Assembly: GCA_030605615.1 (NCBI GenBank) | Contig: JAUWHZ010000020.1 | Coordinates: 1-59,730, forward strand | Direction of reading: 5' to 3' | Length of the DNA: 59,730 bases | DNA from: Atribacterota bacterium | Lineage (GTDB): Bacteria; Atribacterota; Phoenicimicrobiia; Phoenicimicrobiales; Phoenicimicrobiaceae | Shown here: in pieces, positions 37,356 to 48,073 of the stretch | Numbering within the stretch: position 1 is the first letter of the stretch | Layout of the letters: the number at the start of each line of letters is the position of its first letter | Notes under the pieces: generated by a model | What the model saw: the letters and a program-made list of their open reading frames with translations, nothing else | What the model was told of the DNA's origin: nothing | Databases searched by the model: none | Made by a program: the position numbers and the translations under genes

Positions 37356-37700
37356 ATGATAGATTATATTAAGCAATTAGAGGAAGAACAAAAAAAAGAA
37401 GGAAAAAATATATTTGCACCTGGTGATACCGTTGAAGTACATCAAAAAATTATTGAGGGTACCAGAAAAAGAGTACAGATTTTTAAGGGAATAGTAATAG
37501 CTAAAAAACATAGTGGGAGCAAAGAAACCTTTATAGTAAGAAAGGTATCTAAAGGTGTTGGGATAGAGAAAATATTTCAACTTCATTCACCAAACATTAA
37601 AAAAATAGTAGTATTAAAAAAAGGAAAGACAAGAAGAGCAAAATTATATTATCTAAGAGAAAGAGTTGGGAAACGTAGCACAGTTAAAGAAAAAAGATAA
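37356..37700 (+). CDS. rplS: 50S ribosomal protein L19
   Basis: 114 aa. FAPGDTVEVHQKIIEGTRKRVQIFKGIVIAKK. Confidence 0.95.
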   Translation: MIDYIKQLEEEQKKEGKNIFAPGDTVEVHQKIIEGTRKRVQIFKGIVIAKKHSGSKETFIVRKVSKGVGIEKIFQLHSPNIKKIVVLKKGKTRRAKLYYLRERVGKRSTVKEKR

Positions 37701-37704
37701 TGCA

Positions 37705-38406
37705 ATGCCATTTCAAATTAAAAAAGGAATATTAAAAAAATCAGAATTAATTATTTACAAATATCAAAAGAAGATAGAAAAATTATTTTCAGAAAGAGTG
37801 AGATATTTTAATCTATGTAAGTATGAAGAGCAACTTAGAAACGAAGGGTATTCATTAATTGCTGGCATAGATGAAGCGGGTCGGGGATCATTGGCCGGAC
37901 CGGTAGTTGCTGCTTCCGTAATCCTGCCAGGACAATTTTTTATTCCCAATGTAAAAGACTCTAAAAAATTAACTTCAAAAAAAAGAACAGAATTATATTA
38001 TATTATCTTAAAAAAGGCAATAGATGTAGGTATTGGAATTGTAGAAGCAGACATTATTGATAAGATAAATATTAATCAAGCTTCGTTCTTAGCAATGAAG
38101 AGGGCTATTGTAAATTTAGAAAATGTTCCCGAATATTTATTAGTAGATGGCTTTAAAATCCCTCATGTAAAAATTTCCCAAATTCGATTAATCAAAGGAG
38201 AAGATAAAAGTATTTCCATAGCTGCCGCTTCTATAATTGCCAAAGTTTATAGAGATAGTATAATGATTAAAATTAACCAAAAATATCCACAATATTGTTT
38301 TAAAAAAAATAAAGGTTATGGTACGCAAGAACATTTTAAGGCATTGGAAAAATATGGAGCTACAGAAATACACAGAAAAACTTATAACAGGGTAATTACG
38401 ATATAG
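37705..38406 (+). CDS. rnhB: ribonuclease HII
   Basis: GIDEAGRGSLAGPVV, DSKKLT, and the ASIIAK and KGYG motifs. ATG 37705 follows the rplS stop; the track's TTG 37666 lies inside rplS. Confidence 0.9.
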   Translation: MPFQIKKGILKKSELIIYKYQKKIEKLFSERVRYFNLCKYEEQLRNEGYSLIAGIDEAGRGSLAGPVVAASVILPGQFFIPNVKDSKKLTSKKRTELYYIILKKAIDVGIGIVEADIIDKININQASFLAMKRAIVNLENVPEYLLVDGFKIPHVKISQIRLIKGEDKSISIAAASIIAKVYRDSIMIKINQKYPQYCFKKNKGYGTQEHFKALEKYGATEIHRKTYNRVITI

Positions 38407-38457
38407 ATAAAATAGGTGATTAGAAATTAGAAATATATTAGGATTTATTTTTCAAAA

Positions 38458-38838
38458 ATGAGCAATATAGGGAGAATAGGTGAAGAGGCAGCTTCTAAAT
38501 ATTTAGAAGCAAAAGGATACAGAATTAGAGAAAGAAATTATCGTACTTATTTAGGTGAAATTGATATTATTAGTGAGTATAGAGGTAATATCATTTTTGT
38601 TGAGGTAAAAACCAGGTCTTCTAATAAATTTGGATACGCAGAAGAAGCGGTAAATTCAATTAAGCAGAAAAAAATAATTAAAAATGCCTTATATTATCTG
38701 AATAGAAATCGTCTTTGGCAAATAAATTCCCGTTTTGATGTAATAATAATTAGTATTTCTAATAATAAAACTATAAAAGGTATAAAGCATATTAAAAATG
38801 CCTTTTGTCTTGATAGTAATAATAGCCCTTTTAATTAG
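38458..38838 (+). CDS. YraN family (UPF0102) endonuclease-like protein
   Basis: 126 aa. [32 protein letters not shown]...IIFVEVKTR is the YraN core. Conserved rnhB-yraN-comM order. Confidence 0.85.
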   Translation: MSNIGRIGEEAASKYLEAKGYRIRERNYRTYLGEIDIISEYRGNIIFVEVKTRSSNKFGYAEEAVNSIKQKKIIKNALYYLNRNRLWQINSRFDVIIISISNNKTIKGIKHIKNAFCLDSNNSPFN

Positions 38839-38867
38839 TAAAGAACATAGTAAAAGTAGGTGTTTTT

Positions 38868-40403
38868 TTGTTATCTAAGCTATACAGCGCGACTATATTT
38901 GGAGTAGATGCCTTTATAGTAGAAGTCGAGGTTGATATTCGACCAGGGTTACCTTTATTTAATATTGTAGGATTACCAGATACGGCTGTTCAAGAATCTC
39001 GAGAAAGGGTTCGTTCTGCCATAAAAAATTCTGAATTTGAATTTCCTATGCAAAGGATCACAGTAAATCTGGCCCCAGCAGACATAAAAAAAGGGGGACC
39101 TATTTTTGACTTACCTATTGCTTTAGGTGTCTTAGCTGCTAGTGGACAAATTAAATCAAATCTATTAGATAAGCTTTTAATTATAGGTGAATTATCTTTA
39201 GACGGAAGAATTAAACCGGTAAATGGAGTACTTCCTATTGCCTTAATGGCAAAAAAATCAAATAAAATAAAATTGCTAATACCTAAAGCAAATGCTAAAG
39301 AAGCAGGAATAATTAAACAATTAGAAGTATTCACTGCTAGTTTGCTTTATGAGGTAGTAGAATTTTTAAATGGTAAAATATCCATAGAACCAGTATTAGT
39401 TAATACAAAAGATATTTTCAACAAAAAGAAAGATAACCAAATAGATTTTGCCGAGGTTAAAGGACAGGAACATGCCAAAAGGGCTTTAGAGGTAGCTGGG
39501 GCAGGAAGCCATAATGTGATTATGATTGGACCACCAGGTTCTGGGAAAACTATGTTAGCGCGTAGACTTCCCACCATCCTTCCTTCCTTAACTTTAGAAG
39601 AATCCATAGAAATTACCAAATTATACAGTATAGCAAATTTATTACCCCCGGATACCTCCTTGATTACAGATCGGCCTTTTAGGGCACCACACCATACTAT
39701 CAGTAATTCTGGCTTAATTGGTGGAGGAAGAATTCCTAAACCTGGAGAAATCAGTTTGTCTCACAATGGAGTATTGTTTCTGGATGAGTTACCTGAGTTT
39801 TCTCGAAGTGCTTTGGAGTCTATGCGTCAACCTTTAGAAGATGGTATAGTCACTATTTCACGTTCTCTTAATTCTGTTACTTATACTTCTTCTTTTATGT
39901 TGGTAGCATCTTTAAATCCTTGCCCGTGTGGTTTTTTTGGTGACCCGGTTAAAACATGTACTTGTAGCTCATCTCAAATTATTAAATATCGTTCAAAGAT
40001 TTCAGGTCCTTTATTAGATCGAATAGACATACATATCGAAGTCCCCCGAATAAACTGTAGAGAAGTAATGGAGAAAAATTCTGTAGAGAATTCTTGTACT
40101 ATAAGAAAGAGAGTTGAAAAAGCAAGAGTTATTCAAAGAGAAAGATTTAGTGGAGATAGCGTTTTTTGTAATGCCCAAATGTCTAAAAAGCAGATTGAAA
40201 AACATTGTCAGATTGACCAAAATTGTAAAAATTTACTTTATAAGGCAATGGAAAAATTAAACCTGAGTACACGAGCTTACGACCGTATATTAAAAGTTGC
40301 TCGAACTATAGCTGATTTAGAACAATCAAGGAAAATTAAAATTTCTCACTTATCTGAGGCCATTCAATACCGTAGTCTTGATCGTAAATTGTGGTTATAT
40401 TGA
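38868..40403 (+). CDS. comM: Mg-chelatase-like AAA+ protein YifB/ComM
   Basis: 511 aa. TTG start. Lon-like N-domain, Walker [10 protein letters not shown], Walker [11 protein letters not shown] and a ChlI-type C-terminus. Confidence 0.9.
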   Translation: MLSKLYSATIFGVDAFIVEVEVDIRPGLPLFNIVGLPDTAVQESRERVRSAIKNSEFEFPMQRITVNLAPADIKKGGPIFDLPIALGVLAASGQIKSNLLDKLLIIGELSLDGRIKPVNGVLPIALMAKKSNKIKLLIPKANAKEAGIIKQLEVFTASLLYEVVEFLNGKISIEPVLVNTKDIFNKKKDNQIDFAEVKGQEHAKRALEVAGAGSHNVIMIGPPGSGKTMLARRLPTILPSLTLEESIEITKLYSIANLLPPDTSLITDRPFRAPHHTISNSGLIGGGRIPKPGEISLSHNGVLFLDELPEFSRSALESMRQPLEDGIVTISRSLNSVTYTSSFMLVASLNPCPCGFFGDPVKTCTCSSSQIIKYRSKISGPLLDRIDIHIEVPRINCREVMEKNSVENSCTIRKRVEKARVIQRERFSGDSVFCNAQMSKKQIEKHCQIDQNCKNLLYKAMEKLNLSTRAYDRILKVARTIADLEQSRKIKISHLSEAIQYRSLDRKLWLY

Positions 40404-40460
40404 TAATGCTAAATATTTTAAAGGTAGAAATTATTAATATCAAGAGGTGGTGGTATAATT

Positions 40461-41120
40461 ATGTTAAGGAAACTTGCTCCCTCAATATTAGATGCAGATT
40501 TTACTTGTTTAGAAAAGGAATTAAGAGTATTAGAAAATGGAGGAGCAGATTTAATCCATCTGGATATAATGGATGGACATTTTGTGCCTAATATATCCTT
40601 TGGTGCTAAGATAATAGAATCTATTAAAAGTAAAACATCTCTTCCGTTGGATGTTCATTTAATGGTGGAAAATCCTGCTAATCATATTAAATTATTTGTT
40701 GAGGCAGGAGGGGATATTATAACTATACACTATGAAACTTGCAAACATCTTGATAGAGTCATTCAATCTATCGTAGGTATGGGGGTTAAATGCGGTATTG
40801 CCTTAAATCCAGCAACACCTTTGAATGTAGTTGAATATATTATTAATAAAATTGATATTCTTTTATTAATGACCGTTAATCCCGGTTTTGGTGGCCAGGA
40901 GTTTATTCCAGAGATGATTAACAAAATTACTAAAGCTAAAGAAATAATAAATAGTCAAAACAAATTAATTGCATTGGAAGTTGACGGTGGTATAAATTTT
41001 AATAATCTTTCCCAGGTAATTACAGCTGGCGCAGATATTATAGTTGCAGGACAAATTATATTTAAAAGTACAAACCCGGAAGAGACAATTAATAAGATAA
41101 AAAATATTTTAATAAAGTAA
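40461..41120 (+). CDS. rpe: ribulose-phosphate 3-epimerase
   Basis: 219 aa. Motifs HLDIMDGHFVPN, MTVNPGFGGQ and EVDGGI. Confidence 0.94.
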   Translation: MLRKLAPSILDADFTCLEKELRVLENGGADLIHLDIMDGHFVPNISFGAKIIESIKSKTSLPLDVHLMVENPANHIKLFVEAGGDIITIHYETCKHLDRVIQSIVGMGVKCGIALNPATPLNVVEYIINKIDILLLMTVNPGFGGQEFIPEMINKITKAKEIINSQNKLIALEVDGGINFNNLSQVITAGADIIVAGQIIFKSTNPEETINKIKNILIK

Positions 41121-41188
41121 TAATAAAATCAATTAATCATAGGTTAATAGAAATAAATTTTTTTAAATAAATATTTTAAGGAGTTAGA

Positions 41189-42526
41189 ATGTCTATTTCG
41201 GAAAAACCAGTTGTTGCCATTATTGGAAGAATAAATGTGGGAAAATCTACTTTGTTTAATAGGATAATCGGAAAGAGAACTGCAATTGTCAAGAACGAAC
41301 CGGCTATTACCAGAGATAGGATCTATGCAGAATGTGAATGGAAAGGGCGTCAATTTATTTTAATTGATACTGGGGGAATAAATTTTGTAAAGAAGGAAAA
41401 AATTCAAGAAAAAATAACTGTTCAAACGGGGATAGCCATTGAAGAAGCAGATTTAATCATATTATTAGTAGATATTAAAGAAGGTATAAACCCAGATGAT
41501 TTCAAGGCGGCAAAAATTATTAGAGAAAAAGATAAACCAACCATCTTAGTTGCCAACAAAGGAGATGTACAAGAAAGTGAATTAAAATTATATGAATTTT
41601 ACGAATTAGGATTTGGCGACCCGTTTATTATTTCAGCAGAACATGGATTAAATGTTGATGATTTACTAGATAGAACAGTATCTCTTATTTCAGAGGTAAA
41701 AGTAAAATCGGAAAAAGAAGATAAAAATATTATAAAAGTATCAATTCTTGGCAAACAAAATGTAGGTAAATCAAGTTTATTAAATCGTATTTTAGGAGAA
41801 GATAGAATAGTAGTTAGTGAATATCCCGGCACCACCAGAGATGCTATTGAAGTAATCTTTAAACATAATTCATTAAAATTAATATTTATCGATACTGCTG
41901 GTTTAAGAGGCAAATCAAGACCTAAAGAAGATATTGAATATTATAGTACGTTAAGAACTTTTAAAGCCGTGAATAATTCTGATATAGTGTTATTAATATT
42001 GGACTCTACCCAGGGAGTAAGCGTACAAGATAAAAAAATTGCAAGTTATATAAAAAAGGAAAAAAGGGCTTGTATCATAATATTTAATAAATTCGACTTG
42101 ATTAAAAATGAAGTAGATAGAAATTTATTAATAAAAGAGATTAGATATGAATTAGCTTTTTTAAAAAACTCTCCTATTATACTGACTTCTGCTTTGACTG
42201 GCTATAATATTGATAAGATAATTTTTAAAATTAAAGAAGTTGCTTTTCAATATAGTAAAAAGATTCCTACTTCAGTATTAAATACTTTTGTAAGAGGAAT
42301 GGTTTCTAAAAATCCTCCAAAATTCGTAATGGGGAATACCTTAAAAATAAGTTATATTACCCAAGTAGGAATAAAACCTCCCAAGTTCCTATTATTTGTA
42401 AACAATCCTAAACTAATGTACAATTCTTATCATAGATATTTAGAAAACAAACTATACGAAACTTTCGGATTCGAAGGATCACCAGTAATTATAAATTTAG
42501 CAAAAAAGGATAAAAGAGGGGAATAG
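41189..42526 (+). CDS. der: ribosome-associated GTPase Der/EngA
   Basis: 445 aa. Tandem G domains (GRINVGKST...DTGG...NKGD and GKQNVGKSS...DTAG...NKFD) plus a KH-like C-terminus. Confidence 0.95.
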   Translation: MSISEKPVVAIIGRINVGKSTLFNRIIGKRTAIVKNEPAITRDRIYAECEWKGRQFILIDTGGINFVKKEKIQEKITVQTGIAIEEADLIILLVDIKEGINPDDFKAAKIIREKDKPTILVANKGDVQESELKLYEFYELGFGDPFIISAEHGLNVDDLLDRTVSLISEVKVKSEKEDKNIIKVSILGKQNVGKSSLLNRILGEDRIVVSEYPGTTRDAIEVIFKHNSLKLIFIDTAGLRGKSRPKEDIEYYSTLRTFKAVNNSDIVLLILDSTQGVSVQDKKIASYIKKEKRACIIIFNKFDLIKNEVDRNLLIKEIRYELAFLKNSPIILTSALTGYNIDKIIFKIKEVAFQYSKKIPTSVLNTFVRGMVSKNPPKFVMGNTLKISYITQVGIKPPKFLLFVNNPKLMYNSYHRYLENKLYETFGFEGSPVIINLAKKDKRGE

Positions 42527-42527
42527 T

Positions 42528-43136
42528 ATGAAAATAATTTTAGTGATCATAATCTGCTATCTATTAGGTTCTGTCCCTTTTGGATATATTGTTGGTAAAT
42601 TATTTAAAAAAATAGATATAAGGGAATATGGTAGCGGAAACATAGGTGCAACTAATGCTTTCCGAATATTAGGTCCTGTATTAGCTTCCCTGGTATTAAT
42701 TGGAGATATTGGTAAGGGCGTTTTTTCTATCTATTTAGTCCGTTTTTTAAATATTGACAGTTTATTTATATTGATTATTGCGGGATTAGCAGTAATATGT
42801 GGTCATGATTGGTCTTTATTTCTTAGATTTAAAGGTGGCAAAGGAGTAGCTACTACTTTTGGAGTTATTTTCTCATTTAATTTGGTGATATCAATATTAG
42901 CGGTTATAGTTTGGGTTATTATTATAATTTTTACAAAATATGCATCTTTAGCTTCTATTTCATCTTTAACTGCAGTAGTAATTTTTATGATATTACTTAA
43001 ACAACCATATGAATATGTTATATTTAGCATAATAATACTTATTTTGACAGTTTTTAAACATAAAGAGAATATTAAAAGATTGAGATTGGGGAAAGAAAAG
43101 AAATTTGGAGAAAAGATAGAAATCAGAAAAGATTAA
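42528..43136 (+). CDS. plsY: glycerol-3-phosphate acyltransferase PlsY
   Basis: 202 aa. SGNIGATNAFR and KGGKGVAT. Multi-TM protein. Confidence 0.93.
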   Translation: MKIILVIIICYLLGSVPFGYIVGKLFKKIDIREYGSGNIGATNAFRILGPVLASLVLIGDIGKGVFSIYLVRFLNIDSLFILIIAGLAVICGHDWSLFLRFKGGKGVATTFGVIFSFNLVISILAVIVWVIIIIFTKYASLASISSLTAVVIFMILLKQPYEYVIFSIIILILTVFKHKENIKRLRLGKEKKFGEKIEIRKD

Positions 43137-43229
43137 AAACAAGTGCTTAAAATAATAAATAAATTAAGATTTTATAAATTTTTTATAGTACAGATAGACA
43201 TTAAGTAAATTATATCCAAGAGAGAAAAA

Positions 43230-44339
43230 ATGGTTCAAGTTATAATTAGTGATACCCTAAATAACGAAATATCTAAAATAATAGACAAAATATTTGAAAG
43301 ATATGAAATAGAAAATAGAATACGAGATAAAAGGGTTTTGGTAAAACCAAATATATTGGGTCCTTTTCCACCTGAAAGAGGTGTAACTACAGATCCAAAG
43401 TTAATATCCGCAATTGTAAAAAATTTAAAAATATGTAAAGCCAAAGAGATAATTGTTGGAGACAATTCAGGCAGCATTCATTTTGATCCATTAAAGATAG
43501 CTAAGGTAACTGGGATTTTAGATGCTTCAGATGGTTGTTTTACCAATATTGCGAAGGAAGTTATAGAGGTAAAAGTAAACTCTAAATATATAGATAAGCT
43601 TTTTGTTTCAAAACCAGTTATAGAGGCTGATTATATTATTAATGTTCCTAAATTTAAGACTCATAGTTTGACTACTATTACGGGAGCAATTAAAAATATG
43701 TTTGGTATTATACCAGGAGGAAAGAAAGCACAGTTACATACTTTAACTCGATCTGTTAATGAATTTGCTGAATTATTAGTAGATATTTATCAGATAAGAA
43801 TCCCTGATTTAAATATAATGGATGCCATAATTGGCATGGAAGGTGTTGGTCCTACCAATGGTGAACCTCGAATTATAAATAAAATAATAGCTAGTGATAA
43901 TGGAATTTCCCTTGATTCTGTAATGGCAACAATGATGGGGCTTAAGCCAGAATCAATTGAACTGTTACAAATAGCTAAAAAAAGAAATTTAGGGGAAATA
44001 GATATATCCAAAATAGATATAGATGGAAAATTAGAAATAATTTCGGGATATAAAACACCAAATAACGGATTATTACAGAAGATAAGAAAAGCAGCTGTTC
44101 CATATATATTTAATTTTGCAAAAATTAAACCACTTGTAGATCATAATAAATGTAAACGATGCGAAAGGTGTATAGAAGTTTGCCCGGTTTCCGCAATGAA
44201 TTTAAAAAATAGCTTTCCTGAAGCAGATAGGAAAAAATGTATTTCTTGCTTTTGTTGCGAGGAACACTGTCCTTATGGCGCAATAATTTTACCTTCGTGG
44301 CAACGAGATTTATATAATCGCTTAATAAGAGGAAAATAA
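43230..44339 (+). CDS. DUF362-type protein with C-terminal 2x[4Fe-4S] ferredoxin domain; function unknown
   Basis: 369 aa. The N-terminal about 290 aa look like DUF362 (VLVKPNILGP..., KTHSLTTITGAIKNMFG). The C-terminus has CKRCERCIEVCP and CISCFCCEEHCP. Confidence 0.7.
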   Translation: MVQVIISDTLNNEISKIIDKIFERYEIENRIRDKRVLVKPNILGPFPPERGVTTDPKLISAIVKNLKICKAKEIIVGDNSGSIHFDPLKIAKVTGILDASDGCFTNIAKEVIEVKVNSKYIDKLFVSKPVIEADYIINVPKFKTHSLTTITGAIKNMFGIIPGGKKAQLHTLTRSVNEFAELLVDIYQIRIPDLNIMDAIIGMEGVGPTNGEPRIINKIIASDNGISLDSVMATMMGLKPESIELLQIAKKRNLGEIDISKIDIDGKLEIISGYKTPNNGLLQKIRKAAVPYIFNFAKIKPLVDHNKCKRCERCIEVCPVSAMNLKNSFPEADRKKCISCFCCEEHCPYGAIILPSWQRDLYNRLIRGK

Positions 44340-44342
44340 AAA

Positions 44343-44372
44343 GTTGATCTGTTGATCTAATGATAGTATATA
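44343..44372 (+). promoter_or_regulatory. possible topA promoter containing a tandem octamer GTTGATCT x2
   Basis: GTTGATCT occurs at 44343-44350 and 44351-44358. TTGATC (44344-44349) + 17 nt + TATATA (44367-44372). The second TTGATC gives an overlapping alternative. Confidence 0.3.
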
Positions 44373-44390
44373 GTATATTGAGGTGTATAA

Positions 44391-46490
44391 ATGGTTAAAT
44401 ACCTTGTAATTGTAGAGTCACCTACTAAAGAAAAAACCTTAAAAAAAATATTAGGAAAAAATTATATTATTAAATCTAGCAAGGGACATATAATTGATTT
44501 ACCTAAAACAAAATTAGGCATAGATATTGAAAATGATTTTCAACCCGAGTATGTGACTATTCCCAGGCAAAGAAACCTTGTAAAAGAATTAGAAAAATAT
44601 TCCAAAGATAAAGAGAAAATATTCTTAGCAACCGATCCGGATAGAGAAGGTGAGGCAATCGCCTGGCACACTGCGCAAAAACTAAAAATTAAAAATGACA
44701 ACAATAGAGTTAGTTTTAATGAAATAACAGAAAGAGCCGTGTCGAAAGCCTTTAAAAACCCGAGAGAAATTAACCTAAATATGGTAGATTCACAAAAGAC
44801 CAGAAGATTATTAGATAGATTAGTAGGATACAAAATTAGTCCTTTATTGTGGAATAAAATTGGAAAAAAATTAAGCGCAGGAAGGGTTCAATCTATTGCA
44901 CTACGTTTAATATGTGAAAGAGAAGCAGAAGTAATAAAATTTAAAAAAGAAGAATATTGGTTGATAAATGCCTTACTTAAAAAAATTGAAGATATAGAAT
45001 CAAATTCCTTTGAAACTAAATTATTTTCTGTTAATTCAAAAAAGATAACTATAAAAGATAAAAAAGAAGCAATGCAAATTTGTAATGATATAAAAAGACA
45101 AGACATCTATGTAAAAAACATTGAGAAAAAGAAAGAATTTAAAAATGCCTACCCTCCATTTACTACTAGTAGCTTACAACAAGAAGCATATAATAAATTG
45201 AATTTTCCCATAAAAAAAACAATGATTCTTGCACAACAACTATATGAAGGAATTATTTTAGGAGAGAAGGGCTCTGTTGGTTTAATTACTTATATGCGTA
45301 CTGATTCCTTGAGAGTATCAAACGAAGCAAAAAATAAGGCGAAGAAATATATAGAAGAAGAATATGGAAAAGAATTTGCAAGATCCATTCAAGTTTCTAA
45401 GAAAAATATAAATAAATTAAAAAATATAAAAATTCAGGATGCACATGAGTCTATTAGGCCCACCTCTGTTTTTAATCATCCCGAATTGATTAAGAATTTT
45501 TTAAATAATGATCAATATAAATTATACAATTTAATCTGGCAAAGATTTATAGCGAGTAGAATGAAAGCAGCTTATTTAGAAAAAATATCTGTAGATATTG
45601 AATCCGGAAAGTATATCTTTAGAACCTCTGGGGTTAAAGTATTATTTAAGGGTTTTATGATTATATATGACAAAAATAATAGGGATTTAAGCAAACTTCC
45701 TACACTTAAAGAGGGAGACAAACTTGAGTTATTAGATTTAAAAGCTAATCAATGTTTTACAAAATCTCCTCCAAGATATACAGAGGCTAGCTTAGTAAAA
45801 AAATTAGAAAAAGAAGGGATAGGACGCCCGAGTACTTATGTACCCACAATAGACACTATTATACGCCGGTCATATGTTGAGAAAATAAATAAAAATTTTT
45901 GTCCTACGGAATTAGGAATAACAGTAAATTCTTTTTTAATTCAATATTTTTCAGATATTATTAACATTACTTTTACTGCAAAAATGGAAAAACAACTTGA
46001 TGAAATTGAATCTAAGGGTAGAAAATGGATAGAGATACTTGCAAAATTTTATAAAACTTTTTCTGAGGATTTAGAAAAGGCAAATAAAGCAAAAAAGATT
46101 AAAATAACTCCAGTATATAGTGAAGAGGTATGTGATGTATGTGGTCGTAAGATGTTGATAAAAAACGGACGCTTCGGTAAATTTTTAGCTTGTTCAGGTT
46201 TTCCTGATTGTAAAAATACAAAACCATTTTTAAATAAAATTGGTATTTCTTGCCCTAAGGCAGGATGTTCGGGTGAAATTATTAAAAGAAAGACTAAAAA
46301 AGGAAGAATATTTTATGGATGCAGTAATTATCCAAAATGTTCTTTTATGATCTGGAGTAAGCCAATCGATAAAAAATGCCCAAAATGTAATTACATCCTA
46401 ATGGAAAATAAAGATAAAAAAAGAGGATTTTATTATAAATGTAGCAACTCTAATTGTAGTTACCAGGAATCTCCAGAAAATTATAAATAA
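44391..46490 (+). CDS. topA: DNA topoisomerase I
   Basis: 699 aa. Toprim (LVIVESPTKEK, DPDREGE), catalytic Tyr region ITYMRTDS, and four C-terminal Cys4 zinc ribbons. Confidence 0.95.
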   Translation: MVKYLVIVESPTKEKTLKKILGKNYIIKSSKGHIIDLPKTKLGIDIENDFQPEYVTIPRQRNLVKELEKYSKDKEKIFLATDPDREGEAIAWHTAQKLKIKNDNNRVSFNEITERAVSKAFKNPREINLNMVDSQKTRRLLDRLVGYKISPLLWNKIGKKLSAGRVQSIALRLICEREAEVIKFKKEEYWLINALLKKIEDIESNSFETKLFSVNSKKITIKDKKEAMQICNDIKRQDIYVKNIEKKKEFKNAYPPFTTSSLQQEAYNKLNFPIKKTMILAQQLYEGIILGEKGSVGLITYMRTDSLRVSNEAKNKAKKYIEEEYGKEFARSIQVSKKNINKLKNIKIQDAHESIRPTSVFNHPELIKNFLNNDQYKLYNLIWQRFIASRMKAAYLEKISVDIESGKYIFRTSGVKVLFKGFMIIYDKNNRDLSKLPTLKEGDKLELLDLKANQCFTKSPPRYTEASLVKKLEKEGIGRPSTYVPTIDTIIRRSYVEKINKNFCPTELGITVNSFLIQYFSDIINITFTAKMEKQLDEIESKGRKWIEILAKFYKTFSEDLEKANKAKKIKITPVYSEEVCDVCGRKMLIKNGRFGKFLACSGFPDCKNTKPFLNKIGISCPKAGCSGEIIKRKTKKGRIFYGCSNYPKCSFMIWSKPIDKKCPKCNYILMENKDKKRGFYYKCSNSNCSYQESPENYK

Positions 46491-46587
46491 AAAAGCGATA
46501 TACTGAATAATAGGTTGTCTATTTTTAATATTAGCCAGTAAACTAATTTTCCTGCTATTATGGGAAAAAATAAAAGAGTATATAAAT

Positions 46588-47496
46588 ATGAATAAATACA
46601 TAGATATATTTATATTTTATTTAAGGAACGAAAAAAATTATTCTAATAATACTATTATTTCATATAAAAATGATTTAACCCAGTTTTTTAATTATTTAAA
46701 AGATTATAAATTATTAAAGAAAAGTAATATAAAATGTATCAATCACAAAATTATGAGGAAATATATTGTTTATTTAAAGGAAAATACATATTCAAGGAGA
46801 AGTATTTCTAGAAAAATTTCTTCAATTCGTTCTTTTTTTAAATTTATTCATAAAGAAGGAATTATTGAGGTTAACCCAACTTTAAATTTAATAACTCCAA
46901 AAATAAACAAAAAATTACCATATTTTTTATATTTGCAAGAAGTTAATAAGCTTATTGAGGCTCCCTCACAAAAAATACCTTTTGGAATTAGAGATAAGGC
47001 AATTCTTGAAGTTCTCTATGGTACTGGAATTAGAGTTGAGGAACTCGTAAATTTAAATATCGGTGATATTGACTTTAACGAGAAAATTATCAGGGTTTTT
47101 GGAAAGGGTTCAAAAGAAAGAATCCTTCCTCTTAGCAACATCAGCATAAGGGCAATACAAGAATATTTAAAAAATAGAAATCTTTTTAATAAGAGTAAAT
47201 TTATCAAAATGAATGATAAAGATGCATTGTTTTTGAATCGTTTTGGGGGTAGATTAACCGCAAGAAGTATACGTAGAATTATTATAAAATATATGAAGAT
47301 AGCCGGTTTAAATAAAAAGATAAGTCCTCATGTATTGAGACATTCATTTGCTACTCATCTTTTGGGAGGAGGAGCTGATTTGCGTTCTGTTCAAGAACTT
47401 TTAGGCCATAAAAGTTTATCTACTACCCAAATATATACACATATTACTAAAGAGAGGTTAAAAACAGTTTATAAAAAATCTCATCCAAGGTCTTAA
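46588..47496 (+). CDS. xerC: tyrosine recombinase XerC/XerD family (CodV-like position)
   Basis: 302 aa. Motifs LYGTGIRVEEL, HVLRHSFATHLL and LGHKSLSTTQIYTH. The topA-xerC-hslV-hslU order matches the B. subtilis codV locus. Confidence 0.88.
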   Translation: MNKYIDIFIFYLRNEKNYSNNTIISYKNDLTQFFNYLKDYKLLKKSNIKCINHKIMRKYIVYLKENTYSRRSISRKISSIRSFFKFIHKEGIIEVNPTLNLITPKINKKLPYFLYLQEVNKLIEAPSQKIPFGIRDKAILEVLYGTGIRVEELVNLNIGDIDFNEKIIRVFGKGSKERILPLSNISIRAIQEYLKNRNLFNKSKFIKMNDKDALFLNRFGGRLTARSIRRIIIKYMKIAGLNKKISPHVLRHSFATHLLGGGADLRSVQELLGHKSLSTTQIYTHITKERLKTVYKKSHPRS

Positions 47497-47528
47497 TGTT
47501 AAAAATTTAAAAGGAGATGAATTAAAAA

Positions 47529-48056
47529 ATGTTTAAAGGAACAACTATTTTAGCTATAAAACGTAAAGGTGAAGTTGCTATTTCTGGCGATGGTCAGATA
47601 AGCATAGGTAATACAATTATGAAAAACAATACAAAAAAGATACGAAAACTCTATAATGATAAAATACTAACTGGGTTTGCTGGGGCAAGCGCTGACGCTA
47701 TCACACTCTTTGAAAAGTTTGAAAAAAAATTAGATGAGTTTCATGGGAATTTGACTAAAGCAGTTATTTCGTTAGCAAAAGAGTGGAGAACTGATAAAAT
47801 ATTACGAAGATTGGAAGCAATACTGATTGTGGCAGATAAAGTGAATATGTTTATAGTTTCTGGGACAGGTGATATAATAGAACCTGATGATAATATTGCT
47901 GCTATTGGGTCAGGTGGTCCTTATGCTTTGGCTGCAGCAAAAGCGTTAATTAAATTCTCTAATTTATCTGCTTATGAAATAGCTTTAGAATCATTAAAAA
48001 TTGCTTCATCAATTTGTGTTTACACTAATGATAAAATAATAGTAGAAAAACTATAA
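47529..48056 (+). CDS. hslV: ATP-dependent protease subunit HslV
   Basis: 175 aa. GTTILAIKR nucleophile region and GSGGPYA. Confidence 0.94.
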   Translation: MFKGTTILAIKRKGEVAISGDGQISIGNTIMKNNTKKIRKLYNDKILTGFAGASADAITLFEKFEKKLDEFHGNLTKAVISLAKEWRTDKILRRLEAILIVADKVNMFIVSGTGDIIEPDDNIAAIGSGGPYALAAAKALIKFSNLSAYEIALESLKIASSICVYTNDKIIVEKL

Positions 48057-48073
48057 AAGGAGGAGGTATTGCC

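Noticed and set aside
38279-38292. DnaA-box-like ATATCCACA
   Set aside because: It is a single 8/9 match inside rnhB coding sequence. There is no cluster of boxes, AT-rich unwinding element or dnaA/dnaN context, so it is not an origin.
40454-40459. Perfect TATAAT 1 nt before the rpe ATG (possible leaderless mRNA)
   Set aside because: Transcription from this -10 would start downstream of the ATG. A normal SD (AGAGGTGG) precedes the ATG, so the hexamer is most likely coincidental in AT-rich DNA.
40440-40470. dif-like sequence GGTGGTATAATTATGTTAAGG (resembles the TTATGTTAAAT arm of E. coli dif)
   Set aside because: Only one arm-like half is present and there is no central spacer or second arm. 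The sequence is explained by the rpe SD plus its first codons (ATG TTA AGG).
40391-40591. 66-aa + strand ORF spanning the comM stop and the rpe start
   Set aside because: It is out of frame with rpe and overlaps it. rpe (ATG 40461, with an AGAGGTGG SD) is strongly supported, and this ORF has no motif or SD.
46588-47496. Tyrosine recombinase as a possible integrase marking a mobile element
   Set aside because: It sits in the conserved topA-xerC(codV)-hslV-hslU context. No flanking direct repeats, tRNA target, or phage/transposon genes were seen, so it fits a chromosomal Xer recombinase.
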